Origin: Antedon mediterranea
Taxonomy: Eukaryota; Animalia; Echinodermata
Assembly: GCF_964355755.1 (NCBI RefSeq)
Contig: NC_092674.1
Location: forward strand, 20,460,001-20,524,000
Length of the DNA stretch: 64,000 nucleotides
Direction of reading: 5' to 3'
Under the pieces are notes generated by a model. It did not search any database, was not told the DNA's origin, and saw nothing but the letters and a program-made list of their open reading frames with translations. Both the position numbers and the translations under genes were made by a program. Numbering within the stretch: the first letter of the stretch is position 1; each line of letters starts with the position of its first letter. This document shows positions 62,201-64,000 of the stretch, piece after piece.

Positions 62201-63230
62201 TATCAAACGTCTTGGGTATGGAAAGTCAATCCAGCCAAAAACATAATACCATACACTCGATATTTCATTCGTACAAAATTCAAACCATCCAATCTTATCT
62301 CATGCAGTTTAATGGAAATTTAAATCATTCACATAATATCTCCATCATCCAATACAATTGTGACTTTCTCCATTAGCCCAAATGATAACACACCAAACTA
62401 CTCATAGCACATACCATCTAAGGAATTTTGAACCCAGGCAACGATAAAAGTCTATACTAGAATATGTATGATATATATTTTTTTTCAAATCATAGTTGGT
62501 TTTGCAAGTTCTTCAATAAGCAACAGTGACCTCCCAAAGACTAATGTTGGAAACTATTACGGATGTGACAATGTGACTTTTGATGTTTCTGGTGTGAAAC
62601 TTGCTCTCAGCAACGTTAAGTTTCAACCGTATGTTCAAGATGTAACAACCAAAGATTTCGGTGAATGTAAGTTATAACGTTATTTTATTTCTTTCCTTAT
62701 TGAAGAAAAGAAACAAAGTAACAAGCTGTAAAATACAAAACAAAGTCGAAATTATTATCATTATATAATTATAAAGTCCTAAATAAAATAATGAAAAAAA
62801 TGGTGGTTACGAAGGTTACGACCCCAAACAACAAGTAATGTAAAATGGACACAGTACTATCTTTATTAAAGCAAGGAAGTCACAAGCGACTGTTAGGATG
62901 ATCCATCAAATTGGTGATTGGTCAATTTACTTACGTCCTTGTGTTGTCACTAGTGGGATCCAAGCTTTTGGAAAAATGTAACACTTTGGTGATGGCACTT
63001 TTTTTTAAAATACATCATTCAATTTTTGTTTTAATACATTCATGTATGTATGTTGTCTTTGTTTTACAGTGCAAGTATGTACAACAAGCAGTGGAATGGG
63101 TGAAGTGGTCGCCATCTTGATCATCATTGCTGTGGCTCTTGTAATTATTGTACCAATTGTGGTAACTATCGTTTTTGTGGTACGGCGCAAGCGCAGGAAT
63201 CGCCAGTTTAATTACCATACACAACAGTGA
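56267..63230 (+). CDS. Single-domain LAMP-family paralogue, ~243 aa, 5 exons, non-canonical cytoplasmic tail
   Basis: Exons 56267-56315, 58573-58709, 59706-59919, 62496-62666 and 63070-63230 have the same intron phases (1,0,1,1) as one LAMP domain of the upstream gene. The product has a signal peptide, GEWTV..ICMKM, GNYYGCDN, NVKFQPY, four Cys, a TM segment and tail RRKRRNRQFNYHTQQ*. Confidence 0.88.
57040..58548 (+). mobile_element. 5'-truncated non-LTR retrotransposon (RTE-X-like) in intron 1 of the LAMP paralogue
   Basis: YKYLGVHIS RT end at ~57108 and a frameshift near 57350. ORF 57366-58211 has GELGW, KSSLQIY and the CCHC knuckle CKLC..EDIHHFILNCP. There is a 3' hairpin CACCTTT..AAAGGTG and an (AAAT)n tail. 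Confidence 0.85.
58747..59154 (-). mobile_element. Solo LTR
   Basis: TGT..ACA termini, perfect 5-bp TSD GGACA (58742-58746, 59155-59159) and a TATA-like TGTATAAG on the minus strand at ~58985. Confidence 0.85.
59310..59566. mobile_element. Cluster of Harbinger-like MITE copies
   Basis: CTTGGTTCCCACTAG..CTAGTGGGAACCAAG TIRs, followed by a second decayed copy. Confidence 0.7.
62027..62159 (+). mobile_element. DINE-1/HINE-like element (short form)
   Basis: Near-identical to 3835-3958, differing mainly in microsatellite length. Confidence 0.82.
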
Positions 63231-64000
63231 ATATCTACTTGTTATCGGGCCTACATCAAGTACTCTTGTAAATTTATGCAGTAATATTTATAGACGGGGT
63301 GAGGTGCGTTACCCTCTGCAAAGGTACATGGTCATCAAACAGATTTACATTTATTTTTGTTGTCTTCGTGGATTGTTTCCGTTCCGGTTCTTCTATTCTT
63401 CCTTAAAATGCCCTAATGTAGGCCAACCACTACTTAATATTTTATTTTAAATAGGTGAGACAATACGTCTTTAACCAACAAATTTTGCTAAAATAACTTA
63501 AGCTTTGTTCACACATACTTGTATTTAAGGCTCTTTTTATACTATCAAATAGTAGTTTGACGAAAAAGTGTGATGCGCCCAAACATGGTTATGTAGTGAT
63601 ACCCAAATGTGGTGGTGATATGACATCATCATGTCCATATATATGGTCACATCATATATTTTTTGTTAATACAATTTCTTTTTTAATTAAGAAAGTGTAA
63701 TGTGCCCAAATATGGTAGTGATATGGCATCATCATGTCAATGGGCACATCTATTTTTTGGTCACATAACGTTTGATAGTGTAGACAAGCTGAACCGAATC
63801 ATATCCAGGTACAACTGACTACTAAATTAGCGTGATTGGTTACAACTTTACCTTTGTCCAATATAATTTTTATATGTTTCATACGCGATTTAATTGATTT
63901 TTCATCTGATTACACAACCGGGGTTTGATTCGATGTTTACCCGTTGTAAATCTGTTTGAGCACAAAAAAAGTTGGTTGTATTGGTATAGGCTTATTTTAA

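Noticed and set aside
18045-63230. WDR44 and LAMP genes as a functional endolysosomal cluster
   Set aside because: Adjacency of two trafficking gene families is not evidence of a cluster without synteny or co-expression data.

Overview
AT-rich, intron-rich animal genomic DNA. It is probably an invertebrate deuterostome such as an echinoderm, inferred from the gene and TE content. Hand-built spliced models with phase-consistent GT-AG introns give four host genes: WDR44 (16 coding exons, 18045-36388, +), the microprotein COPS9 (3 exons, 41643-42555, -, missed by the ORF track), a canonical two-domain LAMP1-like gene (44581-53838, +) and a tandem single-domain LAMP paralogue that has lost the GYxxPhi lysosomal tail (56267-63230, +). 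A possible orphan gene with repeated RVxF motifs lies at 7009-9189. The first 5.7 kb is one giant palindrome: ~1.5-kb inverted arms with Academ-like TAG..CTA ends and a 3-bp TSD enclose an RT-deleted Neptune-type Penelope-like element whose two inverted pLTRs each carry a minimal hammerhead ribozyme. Other mobile DNA includes a three-layer L2<hAT<CACTA nest, DINE-1/HINE-like elements, Harbinger, piggyBac, Kolobok and Tc1-type MITEs, two tRNA-derived SINEs, an RTE-X-like LINE and a solo LTR. All coordinates were read by eye; TE family names rest on terminal and TSD signatures, not database searches.
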